The translations under genes were made by a program, and so were the position numbers. A stretch of DNA of 64,000 nt, from positions 25,792,001 to 25,856,000 of the forward strand of contig OZ076413.1 of NCBI GenBank assembly GCA_964187785.1. The letters run 5' to 3'. The notes under the pieces were generated by a model. It was not told the DNA's origin. It was given only the letters and a program-made list of their open reading frames with translations, and did no database searches. Positions 48,226 to 59,278 of the stretch are shown here, one piece after another. Source of the stretch: Amphiscolops sp. MND2022 (lineage: Eukaryota). The number at the start of each line of letters is the position of its first letter. The stretch's first letter is position 1.

Positions 48226-51200
48226 GCTTCGATTGTTGTGATAAACTTATTAAATAGATGAGATATGGTGGTGTGCCGATAGGAAGAAGCCCTAGTGGAT
48301 TTCAGAGGTCGGCCGATATGACAGGGGAATCACAATGCAGAATGTACAACAAATGACAAGGCATCGCAAAGCATTTGCAACAAGTGTGATGTGGAGGTAC
48401 TAAATGGTCAATTGGCAATAATGTGTGACATGTGCTCTATATGGTTTCATGAAGAATGTTCGGGTTTGTCCAAAAAGCAAATGAATGTCATCGGAGAGAT
48501 CGACGCTTGCAAGTGGTTGTGTGGTTGTGTGGTTGGTGTCTGGACAATGTGGATGATCGTCTCAAGTGTGTGTCTAACAATCTAGAAATAAAGAAGGACA
48601 TCGAAGATATAAAAAGACTAGTAACCTCGTTTAATACCAATAAACCCACTTATGCATCCAAAGTTTCGGAAAAACCTCCCACTAATGTAAATGAAACTTG
48701 CACTGATAATCGTAAATATTCTGATGAACAAACACTGTACATTTCAGACACAAAAGATGATGATATACTTTCTTCTAATGTATTACAAAAACGGAGGCTG
48801 TATACTCGTTTCCCCGGTATCAAACTTGATTTCACTTTTACCAACGAGCTTGGGGAGATTGTACTATTATTTAACAACAAATACTGTTGCACTAGAGTGA
48901 AAAACAAGTGGTGTTTGAATCTTTACTGGACAGAAACTAGAGTTTTTCCACCGAATAAAAGCAGATCAAATAAAGGTATAATCCGAGATGTGCCGGTTGA
49001 AATTTCCACTATATATCAAAGGCGGAAAGGTCATACTTTTATTGGAATTAGTTTTCCAGAGAGAATGCACAATTAACAACTAACTTCAAAATGGATTTAC
49101 GCTAGAGTATATGTTTTTCAAGATGGACCCAAAACGTACCACCAATGGATTGTTCAATGTTTCAACTGTCAACAATGGGGTAGCCAGGTATCCAAAATTT
49201 GTGAAAACCAATCGTGGTGTGCCATCTGTGGCTACCAGCACCCAACACACCGTCATAAAGAATATGTATGCCAGAAAAAGCATGAACAAGCAAAAGATTG
49301 TATCTCACCAAATGAAATCTACTCTGTCAATTGCGACAAGGATCACACAGCATTTGATAAAAACTGCTAAATGTACCAGGAAATGTTGAAAACGTTGAAC
49401 AGAGTCAACTCGTGATGAAACAATTTCTCTTAGCTATGAGTATAAATATTGCTGGTCTCTCCGCTCACTCGTGTATTGCTATAGATAAATATAAAAACGA
49501 CAACAACATGAAAGTTATTAGGTCTCTGAAAGTTATGGAAATTATCTGGGTTTTGGTAACTACGACATCTACCGCGGCCAGTTAAGCAATCTTGGTTGCT
49601 CCTTCCTCATACACAAACAAATAATATCCTATGAAGTGAAAATAACACCCAGAGAAGGCGTTGATTGCTGTTTTGCAGCAATCTCTATTGAAAAAAGGAA
49701 TTTTTCGCTGGGATCAATTTACGTACATTTAGGAAACAGTGAAAACATCGAAAGTTCCACAGATGATCTGGCCGAAACGTATACGTTATAGAAAATTGAG
49801 AATAAAACCGGACCAATAATCTTCGGGGATTAGAATTCGGGGGATCCGCTATGGAGCAACAAACTAGAAAAGAAATATGGTAAAATACTCGGCGACTACT
49901 GTGCCGACAATAGTCTTTCTATAATAAGCCCTCACCAGCCCACTTTTGTCTCAGCAAGCGAGAAAGGTAGCAGCAAAATCGATTTTTGCATCACTGAACA
50001 AAATTGCTCTGATCTGGTATACGATGCACGAGTGATCGAAGATATCGATATCTTCTCTGGTGCTCCAGAGCAAGGTCATTGGCTTGTTCTATTTGATATA
50101 GATATTTCTGTGAAATATGATAATCCAAAACGGTGTGTGCTAAACTACGAAATGGCAAATTGGGAAGAAATAAGTATACAACTGGAAAATATTATGGTGG
50201 AGAACATGGATAGTATGATAACGGAAACACCTACGAAAGCTCTCTTAACATTCATGGGCCTACTGAGAGAAGTTTGTGAAAATTCCATTCCACGAGAAAC
50301 ACTTCGTAAATATTCCAAACGATACTGGAGCAATAAATTGACTCACTTATCGAAAAAACTGAAAGATTCACCCAAAAAATACAGACTCCAATGTAACCCG
50401 AAAAACAAATACCTTGTTGAAATGACAAAAGGTATTGATTACAAGACCAAATTTTTTCGCGCTTTTTCTATGCCAACGTGAAAATTTCGCTACGTTGAGC
50501 TGGAATCAAAAATTCTGCGAATGTGACCACTGATAGTGTTCCGTTTGTACGTCATAGGGGCAGATGCTCTGACTGATAGTGATGTTCCTGTTTCGGTAGT
50601 CTTCGAATACTAACCTGTAGTAATTCTTCCACTGTTTGTTCTGATGTTCATGTCCAAAAAAGGCGATGTTCTGTTTTTCGGATCTTTCAATAGTAAACTT
50701 TAAATTAGGATGAAGCGTGTTGATTTTTTGCAACAGACCATCAATCTCGGATGTTCTTCCTGATTCAATTATGTCGTCCACGTACCTGGCAGAGAATTTT
50801 GAACGACCAGAGTGAGTTGTCTCGATCTGATCACACCCACAAGACCATTCGGAGTCAGTCTCACCCGATGTCTTGATCTCGTTCGGAGACAAATTGGCAT
50901 TTCCTGTGGAACCAACGATTGCAGGTGTCGCATTGTATTGATGAAACAGATGACAAAACCTTTCTACTGCAATTACCACAAATGTAATCTAAATGGGCAG
51001 TTAATGTAGCCAAATCACAATCTAACCGCATTTCGAACGATTTCACCCATATGTTCGCTAGAATAACGGCCATTGACGCATTGACGCTCCCATCGCCACT
51101 CCGTCTTTTTGAACATTCCAAACGCAATCAGCTAGAAACCTTTACGTTTTTCACAAACAAAATCAACAAGACGTTAAAGGTGGAACGGGACAAATCTATG

Positions 51201-52631
51201 TCCTTTTTGTGACGAAACAAATGATTTACAGCCATGTCGATTGCTTCATCAACGGGTACAAATGTATACAAACCTTTTACGTCTAGCGAAATACTTTCGT
51301 CGTCTTCATCTAGAGTAACAGTGTTTTATATGGTCCAATAATAGCTCCTATAAAATCTTTTTTATCGAATCGGAAAGTCAGTATTCAAGTCAATGATTAT
51401 ATCGACATGTCTTTTGTCCCTCTTAATGGTTTACCTCAGGGGGCTGTACTGTCACCACTTTTGTTTATATTCTATATGAAGGGCTTCCTCCAAGATGCAG
51501 ACTTAACATATAAGTATTCAGATGACAGTACTTCTCTTTCAAGCAAAGAAAACCTAAGTACATCTTTAGAAAAGGCGGAAAACTATACATACAAATAGAG
51601 GCACGTGCTGAATAAAGACAAAACTGAACACATAAAGTTCTCAAACGAAGTATTTCGGTACGACTATAAATTTGTTGAGAGAAGTAGAATACTGGGCCTA
51701 TGGTTTGAGCGAGAATTGAGTTTGAAAACACATGCTGCCATTATCTCTGCCTCAGTGGCTAATTTCTGGAAAGAAACTACTATACTTATAACGCAAAGAT
51801 TAAATCCATTTTACGCTGTACGTATCTTTGATGCAAATGTGAATCCACGTGTAGCGTACTGTATGGTTACTTGGTTTCATCAAAACAAGACACCTCCGGA
51901 CAAGATGTGGTGGAGTGTTCATAAATCTATCTTTGGGATAAGAAACTACCAAGTATCGAAACACGTAATTAGTGTTTTGAGTAATATTTGGCCTCCTTCT
52001 TTTTTCTACACTAATCAAGTATTAAAGTTTCTACATTCAACTGCTAGAAGTGCAGATATTCTAAACCCAGGTAATTTAGCAATCATACCCCAACATATTA
52101 ATATGGTGAGATTGTTTTTGGTACACAAACTTTCAATTGTAAATCGTGATCCTGATGGAATTAAGGCAAAATACATACTAATATGCTAGAAAATCCTTAG
52201 TCAGTACTTTTAGGAAGGAGGTGGATGAGTATTTTAGGCACTTATGGCAACGAGAAACAAAGCAAAGTCTTATGTACTCAAATTTTTCAGGGATCAAAGT
52301 AAGAAACAGCATCATGAAAATGCTAGCACCATATCCTAGAAAATTTTCTGTCAAAATGCTTTGTTTTCTATTGAATGATTTTGAAGTATGCGAAGTATTA
52401 TTCAGAAGTAATAAGAGCAAAACCGATATTTGTCCCTATTGTAGAGTTGTCGATGATACTGCACATTTCTTATTTTCCTGTGTCTTATACCAAGAACACC
52501 GAAGGAGTTTCATAAGGGAGCGTAAAAATCAAAAAATTGACGAAACGCTAGTTAGTTTGCTAAATTGCGAAAACAAGCATGTCGTAAGGGCGGTGGCTGG
52601 CTTTATTGCAAGCATCGATAAATTCTTATAA
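48226..52631 (+). mobile_element. Second copy of LINE G1, with leader at 48232-48257 and ATG at 48258
   Basis: Colinear with 25071-29469. Confidence 0.85.
50431..51325 (-). mobile_element. Second copy of the PHD-containing Penelope-like RT fragment
   Basis: ORF 50861..51127 (ANIWVKSFE...CGNC..CDTC..WFHRKC) and ORF 50506..50979 (ETDSEWSCGC...ARYVDDII...HPNLKFTIE). Confidence 0.85.
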
Positions 52632-53499
52632 CCCTGCAATCCTCAGTTGCCTTCCTTCTGTGTCAATTCTGTTATGCTATTTTCTCCGCAGCTGACTAAT
52701 TCTTGACAATTATGGGAATAAACTCTTTTAGCGTGTTTTCTAAAACGTTTCGCGATGTTTCAAATACGTTTTTCTCATCGTACCATGAAATACATCGAAG
52801 AAAAAGTAACTTAGCTTTCTCAACAACGGGCAAGATTTCGGGTTCCAAACCAGAGCATTCTTTGTGGTACCAGGAGTCGCAGGTGTCACATTGTACCCAT
52901 TTCTCGTTTGGCCTTTCTTCGTTCTTGCATTTTGCATATTCGTTAGCATTGGAGGCTGTTTGTAGGCGTCCCTGTGTTTTAGTCCTTTTGACATTAGTCC
53001 AGTGATGTTCCAGTGGACCCGTAACGAATAATGTCTGAAGCTATACAAGAAGTTTATAATTACGAGCTGATCCGAGGGTGCATTCCTTCGTATTCGCTCC
53101 AAATGAAACTCAAAACAGAACAACAATTGATCGAGAGCAATACGGCAGTCGGATATCGTTGGGGTTGTAAATAAGAATAAAAGCGGCTTATTGTATCCAT
53201 GTTGAAGGCAAGCACAGCGGAAATATGATGTCCAGCTTGGGACCGGTATAAAGATGACAATCTATATCATCTTAATTTTTTTATTCTCTTTTTTTCCTCT
53301 ATCAGATATCATGGATCTTCGTCATCAATCAAGTGCCATGTATATCAGCATGTTGGGGGGAGAAGACACACACCCGTGGTGTGCAACGAAAGTGGGGAAC
53401 CACATACCAGCCACTATACCAGTAGACCAGTAACAATAAAAACAACCAACAAACTACTCAAACCAGCCACTAAGCAGTCGACCGGTAGAACTTTTTATA

Positions 53500-55118
53500 A
53501 GCTGCTATGATATAAAGGTCAAAAAATTTAGGTTATATGTAATAAATTTCTTCGAACGCATCTCTGTCGCTCACAATTCTTAGAACACAGGCCGCATTGC
53601 CGATCTGAAGAGCCATTGGAATCCGTTGCTTCAAAAAGCTGCCAGCTCGTTGATCGTCGTGCGAACGACAGAGCATTTTACAGAGATGCGTGATGAAAGT
53701 TTCACTGCTCTCGCCTAAAGAAACCTGTACTTCCAAGGCCACCGGCTGAAAAATGTAACCATTGTCTATTAATTCGCGATACCTCTCAATTTTACGCGCT
53801 TCAGCCTCGGTGGCGGTGGTTCCCGGGTTGCACAAAGAACCTTGATTCAGGCAACTTGGTGCAAGAGCATCCACAACCGTGACATCCCACACCAGCTGTT
53901 TACCCATTTCCCAAGGAACCATGATAACACCGTCTGAGCGTTTGTCATCTGTTCGGTACAGTCCACGCGGTTCGAGCATTGAAGGCAAGTCGAGAGATCC
54001 CAACGTCTGCTTTATGAGAGAATTGAGAGTAGCATGACGTGAGAAGCGACCAGCACTCTTGGTGCAAAAAAGACCGTGTAAACCGTCCCGTTCAACTCTT
54101 TTACCACAGTGGCACGTATGCGCAATGCAGATGTTGGCACCGAGACGCAAACCAATTGAAATTCGAAGTTGTTGATCATCAAGTTTCAGGCCTAGGTTCT
54201 TGCAAGGAACGATGTTCAGCCATTGAGACCCGAATTTACCTTGATGAGCGTGGAAAATTTTCGAACGTTTCTCATCAATTCTAGAAATCAAGTCTTGGGC
54301 GGTTTTGACGAAGACAGGTTGTGTCCAATTTTTCTGGGTTCCATCGAGGGGACTTTCCTGTTCATTCGTCAAACCCAACCATTTCTCTAGAACTTTTGTA
54401 AGTGAAACATCTTCCAATGTTTCCGAGAAAATCGTCGTGAGAAAATCACTCGCACCAAAAGCTGAGCTGAGGCCAAAAAGGCGGGAAGTGCTAATAATGA
54501 TGCGGATGAAACCCCAAGACCACCCATCTCAGCAGGCAGAGCCAGCTGAGTACTCGAAATATCGTCGATGTTCACGTTACACGCTTTGGAAAGCCCGTCT
54601 CGCACGGTTTTGACATATTTCTCCAAGAGAGTTTGATGATTAAAATATGTACTGGTTCTCAGGAAGTACAACAACTTTGGCAAACTGAAGCAATTTTTCA
54701 ACATAATAGAACAATAGTGCGCATCTAGTTTTTCGACAATACCGTTAACTTTTTCCAGTTCATTAATTTTCTTTTCCAAAAGGTCTGCTTGTGATTTCGA
54801 GCCGAGCGGTGAACCAAGAAAGATAAGTTCATTTTTCTTTGCTGTTTTGATCCCGGAGCAAAGTTTTTGGGAAGATGCTAAAATTTTCGATCGTCTTTTT
54901 TCAGTGATGTCACAGGGAAAAATTTTCACATTTCGTGGGTTTAATTTTGAGTCCCAGCGTTCTTTCGGCATCAATAATTTTTTTTTGAGATCTTTCCAAA
55001 CGGTTCGGTAATCATCACTTAAATTTCCATCGTCTAGATACCATAAGTTTATTTTCGATTCCAAACTGTCAATCAGATCCTGAATGGAATCTGAAAACAA
55101 ATCAGGAGACTCAGGATC
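53500..55118 (-). mobile_element. Second, shorter copy of the CRE-like element
   Basis: ORFs 54387..55100 (WYLDDG) and 53533..54417 (CCHC + RLE). Confidence 0.9.
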
Positions 55119-56616
55119 CTTTTATTCTCGATATGACTGGAAAATCACTTTTCCCGACTGGAAACAAAAAATTTTGAAAATTTTTTTTGAAAAAAATCTT
55201 CGAAAACGTCGCATAGTGCCGAAAAATGAAAAAGGGGGGACCCTTTGGGATTCATAAACATACTTTCTGTTGCAAATTATCAAAAAATCCGAAGAGGGGA
55301 CTCTTTTGAGACCGAAAGGGGGGACCCTTTGGAGCCTTCCGGTTTTGTAGGTTACGTAAAAAAGGTAAAAAACGAAAGGGGGACCCTTTGCAGTAAGTTT
55401 GCATTGGTCGAACTTGGCTTGAGTGAACTTATCAGTTTCTGTAAAAAGTGCTACATACGCGATGAGCTCTGTGGTCTGACGAAAAAAAAGAAAAACTAGC
55501 CACTGTAATAGTCGGGCTTTTTTCCTTAAAGGAAAATGCGCCGACTAAAAACAACGAAACCTGCAACGCTCCGAAGTGTCTGAAACCCTCAGGTTTGATA
55601 GACTGGATAAATTGTAAGCTTTGCAACGGATGGAATCACATAAAATGCGCCAATTTTTTTCGAACTTCAGCCGTACTTCTTTGGTGCGAAACTGATTGCG
55701 CTAAAAAAAGGCCTGATGGAAGAAGAAGAAGAAATCAATTAACCTTCGGGATGTGGCAGTACAAATGACTTTCTATCATTGATTCCAGAACAAAGTAAAT
55801 AGTATAAATATAATTGACACAGAAGGAAGGCAGGTGAGGGGTGGGCGGAAGTAGGTCGAAGGAACGGGATCGAAAATCAGAGTTAGTCCTCAGGTCGACA
55901 TACCAAATTTTTGAATGGGATCGAAACAACTCGGATCGAAATTTTTATAACGTAGTCAGATATGTTCACATACCCCTAGTGCCCTGAATGCAGGAGCGAA
56001 GCGAAGCGGAGCGACGTGCCATATGGCCATGCCTCAATGTTGCTACTTGGCGAAGGGAGCGAAGCGACCGAGCCATACAACAAATACGATAAAATTCGAC
56101 TGCATTCCGCTTCGCGATCTCCGTTCCCGCTAGGTCTTTGCTCCTGTTCGACCTCGCTTAGCAAGATGTGCATATAAGCGACCCCAAGGGGCCGCGGGGC
56201 TCTAGAGGAAATGGGGACATATCCGAGGCACGTTTATACTTTATATCACTTTTTAGTTTTAGATCCTAATTGACTATTTTTTTTCTAAAATTAGATCAAA
56301 TTAGAAGAAATTTTTAGAACTGATTATTTAGATCAATTTATTTAGATCTCAATTTTGCCCCCTTTCTTAGATCTATTTCATTAGACCTGATTCCACGTAG
56401 CCGTAGTCAGATATGTTCACATACCCCTAGTGCCCTGAATGCAGGAGCGAAGCGAAGCGGAGCGACGTGTCATATGGCGATGCCTCAATGTTGCTGCTTG
56501 GCGAAGGGAGCGAAGCGACCGAGCCATACAACAAATACGATAAAATTCGACTGCATTCCGTTCGATCCCTGCATTTCGATCAAAAGGATCGACCTCTGTC
56601 CTTTCGACCAGAAAAA
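55118..56616 (+). repeat. About 1.5-kb block repeated at 57183-58676 (GGGGACCCTTT repeat plus composite MITE)
   Basis: Near-identical direct copy at an offset of about 2065 bp; in this copy the MITE starting at 55839 lacks its right TIR. Confidence 0.9.
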
Positions 56617-56879
56617 CGTGGAACGCTCAAAAAAACATGAACTTTTTGCAATTCTGATTTTTTTCCAAAATAATGCACAATTTTTGGTGCTGCACGTTGT
56701 GCTTGTCTTGATTCTGTTTACGCCTTTAGAAAGGATCAACTACCATACTAAATAAATATTTAGTAATAAATTTATTTCTTAATTATTCAGTAAAATAAGT
56801 GAAAAATATACTAAAGAACAACACCATACCGTACAAAAAGTCGTGTAAATATTAAGGCATTCACTTAGATAGTTCACTA

Positions 56880-57060
56880 AGATTCAATCATCATATTGAT
56901 TATGTAGTGAAGAAGTTGAACAAATTTTGTGGCCTCATCAATAGAATACGACATCTTTACGACAAAAAATGCCTTTTAATGTTCTACAACTCGTTTGCAA
57001 AAACTGATATCTGTTATGGTTTATTGATTTACGGCACAGCTGCTAAAAGTAATTTGAGAA
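56880..57060 (+). pseudogene. Short fragment of a CR1/L2-like ORF2 C-terminal region
   Basis: KKLNKFCGLINRIRHLYDKKCLLMFYNSFAKTDICYGLLIYG matches the post-RT L..Y.S.....YG...G pattern. Confidence 0.65.
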
Positions 57061-57899
57061 CAAGGCGGGAACGTCTAAAGTCGGCGCTATATCTAAGGCT
57101 CAAAAAGCGCAGAGTTTTCTAAATATGCCCAGGATGTATTCATGAAAAGCTTTGAAAACACTTTCGAGACACCCAAAGTGTGCCTTTTATGCTCGATATG
57201 ACTGGAAAATCATTTTCCCGACTGGAAACAAAAAATTTTGAAAATTTTTTTTGAAAAAAAACTTCGAAAACGTCGCATAGTGCCGAAAAATGAAAAGGGG
57301 GGACCCTTTGGGATTCATAAACATACTTTCTGTTGCAAAATATCAAAAAATCCGAAGAAGGGACTCTTTTGAGACTGAAAGGGGGGACCCTTTGGAGCCT
57401 TCCGGTTCTGTAGGTTACGTAAAAAAGGTAAAAAACGAAAGGTGGACCCTTTGCAGTAAGTTTGCATTGGTCGAACTTGGCTTGAGTGAACTTATCAGTT
57501 TCTGTAAAAAGTGCTACATACGCGATGAGCTCTGTGGTCTGACGAAAAAAAAGAAAAACTAGCCACTGTAATAGTCGGGCTTTTTTCCTTAAAGGAAAAT
57601 GCGCCGACTAAAAACAACGAAACCTGCAACGCTCCGAAGTGTCTGAAACCCTCAGGTTTGATAGACTGGATAAATTGTAAGCTTTGCAACGGATGGGTTC
57701 ACATAAAATGCGCCAATTTTTTCGAACTTCAGCCGTACTTCTTTGGTGCGAAACTGATTGCGCTAAAAAAGGCCTGATGGAAGAAGAAGAAGAAATCAAT
57801 TAACCTTCGGGATGTTGCAGTACAAATGACTTTCTATCATTGATTCCAGAACAAAGTAAATAGTATAAATATAATTGACACAGAAGGAAGGCAGGTGAG

Positions 57900-58699
57900 G
57901 GGTGGGCGGAAGTAGGTCGAAGGAACGGGATCGAAAATCAGAGTTAGTCCTCAGGTCGACATACCAAATTTTTGAATGGGATCGAAACAACTCGGATCGA
58001 AATTTTTATAACGTAGTCAGATTTGTTCACATACCCCTAGTGCCCTGAATGCAGGAGCGAAACGAAGCGGAGCGACGTGCCATATGGCCATGCCTTAATG
58101 TTGCTACTTGGCGAAGGGAGCGAAGCGACCGAGCCATACAACAAATACGATAAAATTCGACTGCATTTCGCTTCGCGATCTCCGTTCCCGCTAGGTCTTT
58201 GCTCCTGTTCGACCTCGCTTAGCAAGATGTGCATATAAGCGACCCCAAGGGGCCGCGGGGCTCTAGAGGAAATGGGGACATATCCGAGGCACGTTTATAC
58301 TTTATATCACTTTTTAGTTTTAGATCCTAATTGACTATTTTTTTTCTAAAATTAGATCAAATTAGAAGAAATTTTTAGAACTGAATTTTTAGATCAATTT
58401 ATTTAGATCTCAATTTTGCCCCCTTTCTTAGATCTATTTCATTAGACCTGATTCCACGTAGCCGTAGTCAGATATGTTCACATACCCCTAGTGCCCTGAA
58501 TGCAGGAGCGAAGCGAAGCGGAGCGACGTGTCATATGGCGATGCCTCAATGTTGCTGCTTGGCGAAGGGAGCGAAGCGACCGAGCCATACAACAAATACG
58601 ATAAAATTCGACTGCATTCCGTTCGATCCCTGCATTTCGATCAAAAGGTTCGACCTCTGTCCTTTCGACCAGAAAAATTCGACCTATTTACAGCCACCC
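57900..58699. mobile_element. Composite Mutator-like MITE (800 bp)
   Basis: 9-bp TSD GCAGGTGAG at 57891-57899 and 58700-58708; TIRs GGGTGGGCGGAAGTAGGTCGAA / TTCGACCTATTTACAGCCACCC; internal segment of about 150 bp duplicated around a nested TAGATC-rich element. Confidence 0.9.
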
Positions 58700-58924
58700 G
58701 CAGGTGAGGATTGCAGGGTTAAAAGAATGGTTACCAGTCACTTGGCTTAATACCATTTGGCTTAAACTTTTCGTCGAGTCATTTGGCTTAAAAATTTTAA
58801 GCCAAGTGACCACAAAATTAAGCCAACTCCATTCCATCTCAAGGGATAAATATGTCAAATCCTATCATAATGTGGGGCATATGCGGTGTATGCACGCTCG
58901 CCCTCTCCGTCGCAAAATATATAT

Positions 58925-59278
58925 AGAAACTGCAATTCACTTTTTATTCAGTTGCAAAGTATAGGAACCGAGAAATCTTTCGACCGAAAACTTCAACCTC
59001 TATGACCTGACAAACTGCGGTTATATATATTTATATAAAAAATCTATTTACGCCCCTTGATGCGGGCAATGTTAAGCATATGATTTATCAAAAACATTTA
59101 TGGGTGAATAATACCGCTGATTTATATCGTGTTTGTAAGTTATTCAAATCTTCCGCAGTTTCTGATGAATTCTACTAGCTTCGCGCAGTTTGTCAGGTCA
59201 TAGAGGTTGAAGTTTTCGGTCGGAAGATTTCTCGGTTCCTATACCTTGCAACTGAATAAAAAGTGAATTGCAGTTTCT
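58925..59278. repeat. 95-bp inverted repeat (arms 58925-59019 and 59184-59278, 164-bp spacer) at the 3' end of LINE A'
   Basis: Arms are reverse complements with 2 mismatches; both translate as ETAIHFLFSCKV*. Confidence 0.9.

Larger units (their letters stand above)
43227..55118 (+). repeat. Direct segmental duplicate of 20109-31955
   Basis: Colinear and near-identical (visually a few percent divergent, indels in both copies), including all nested insertions; starts exactly at the gap edge and ends inside the CRE RT (GACTCAGGATC). Confidence 0.95.
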
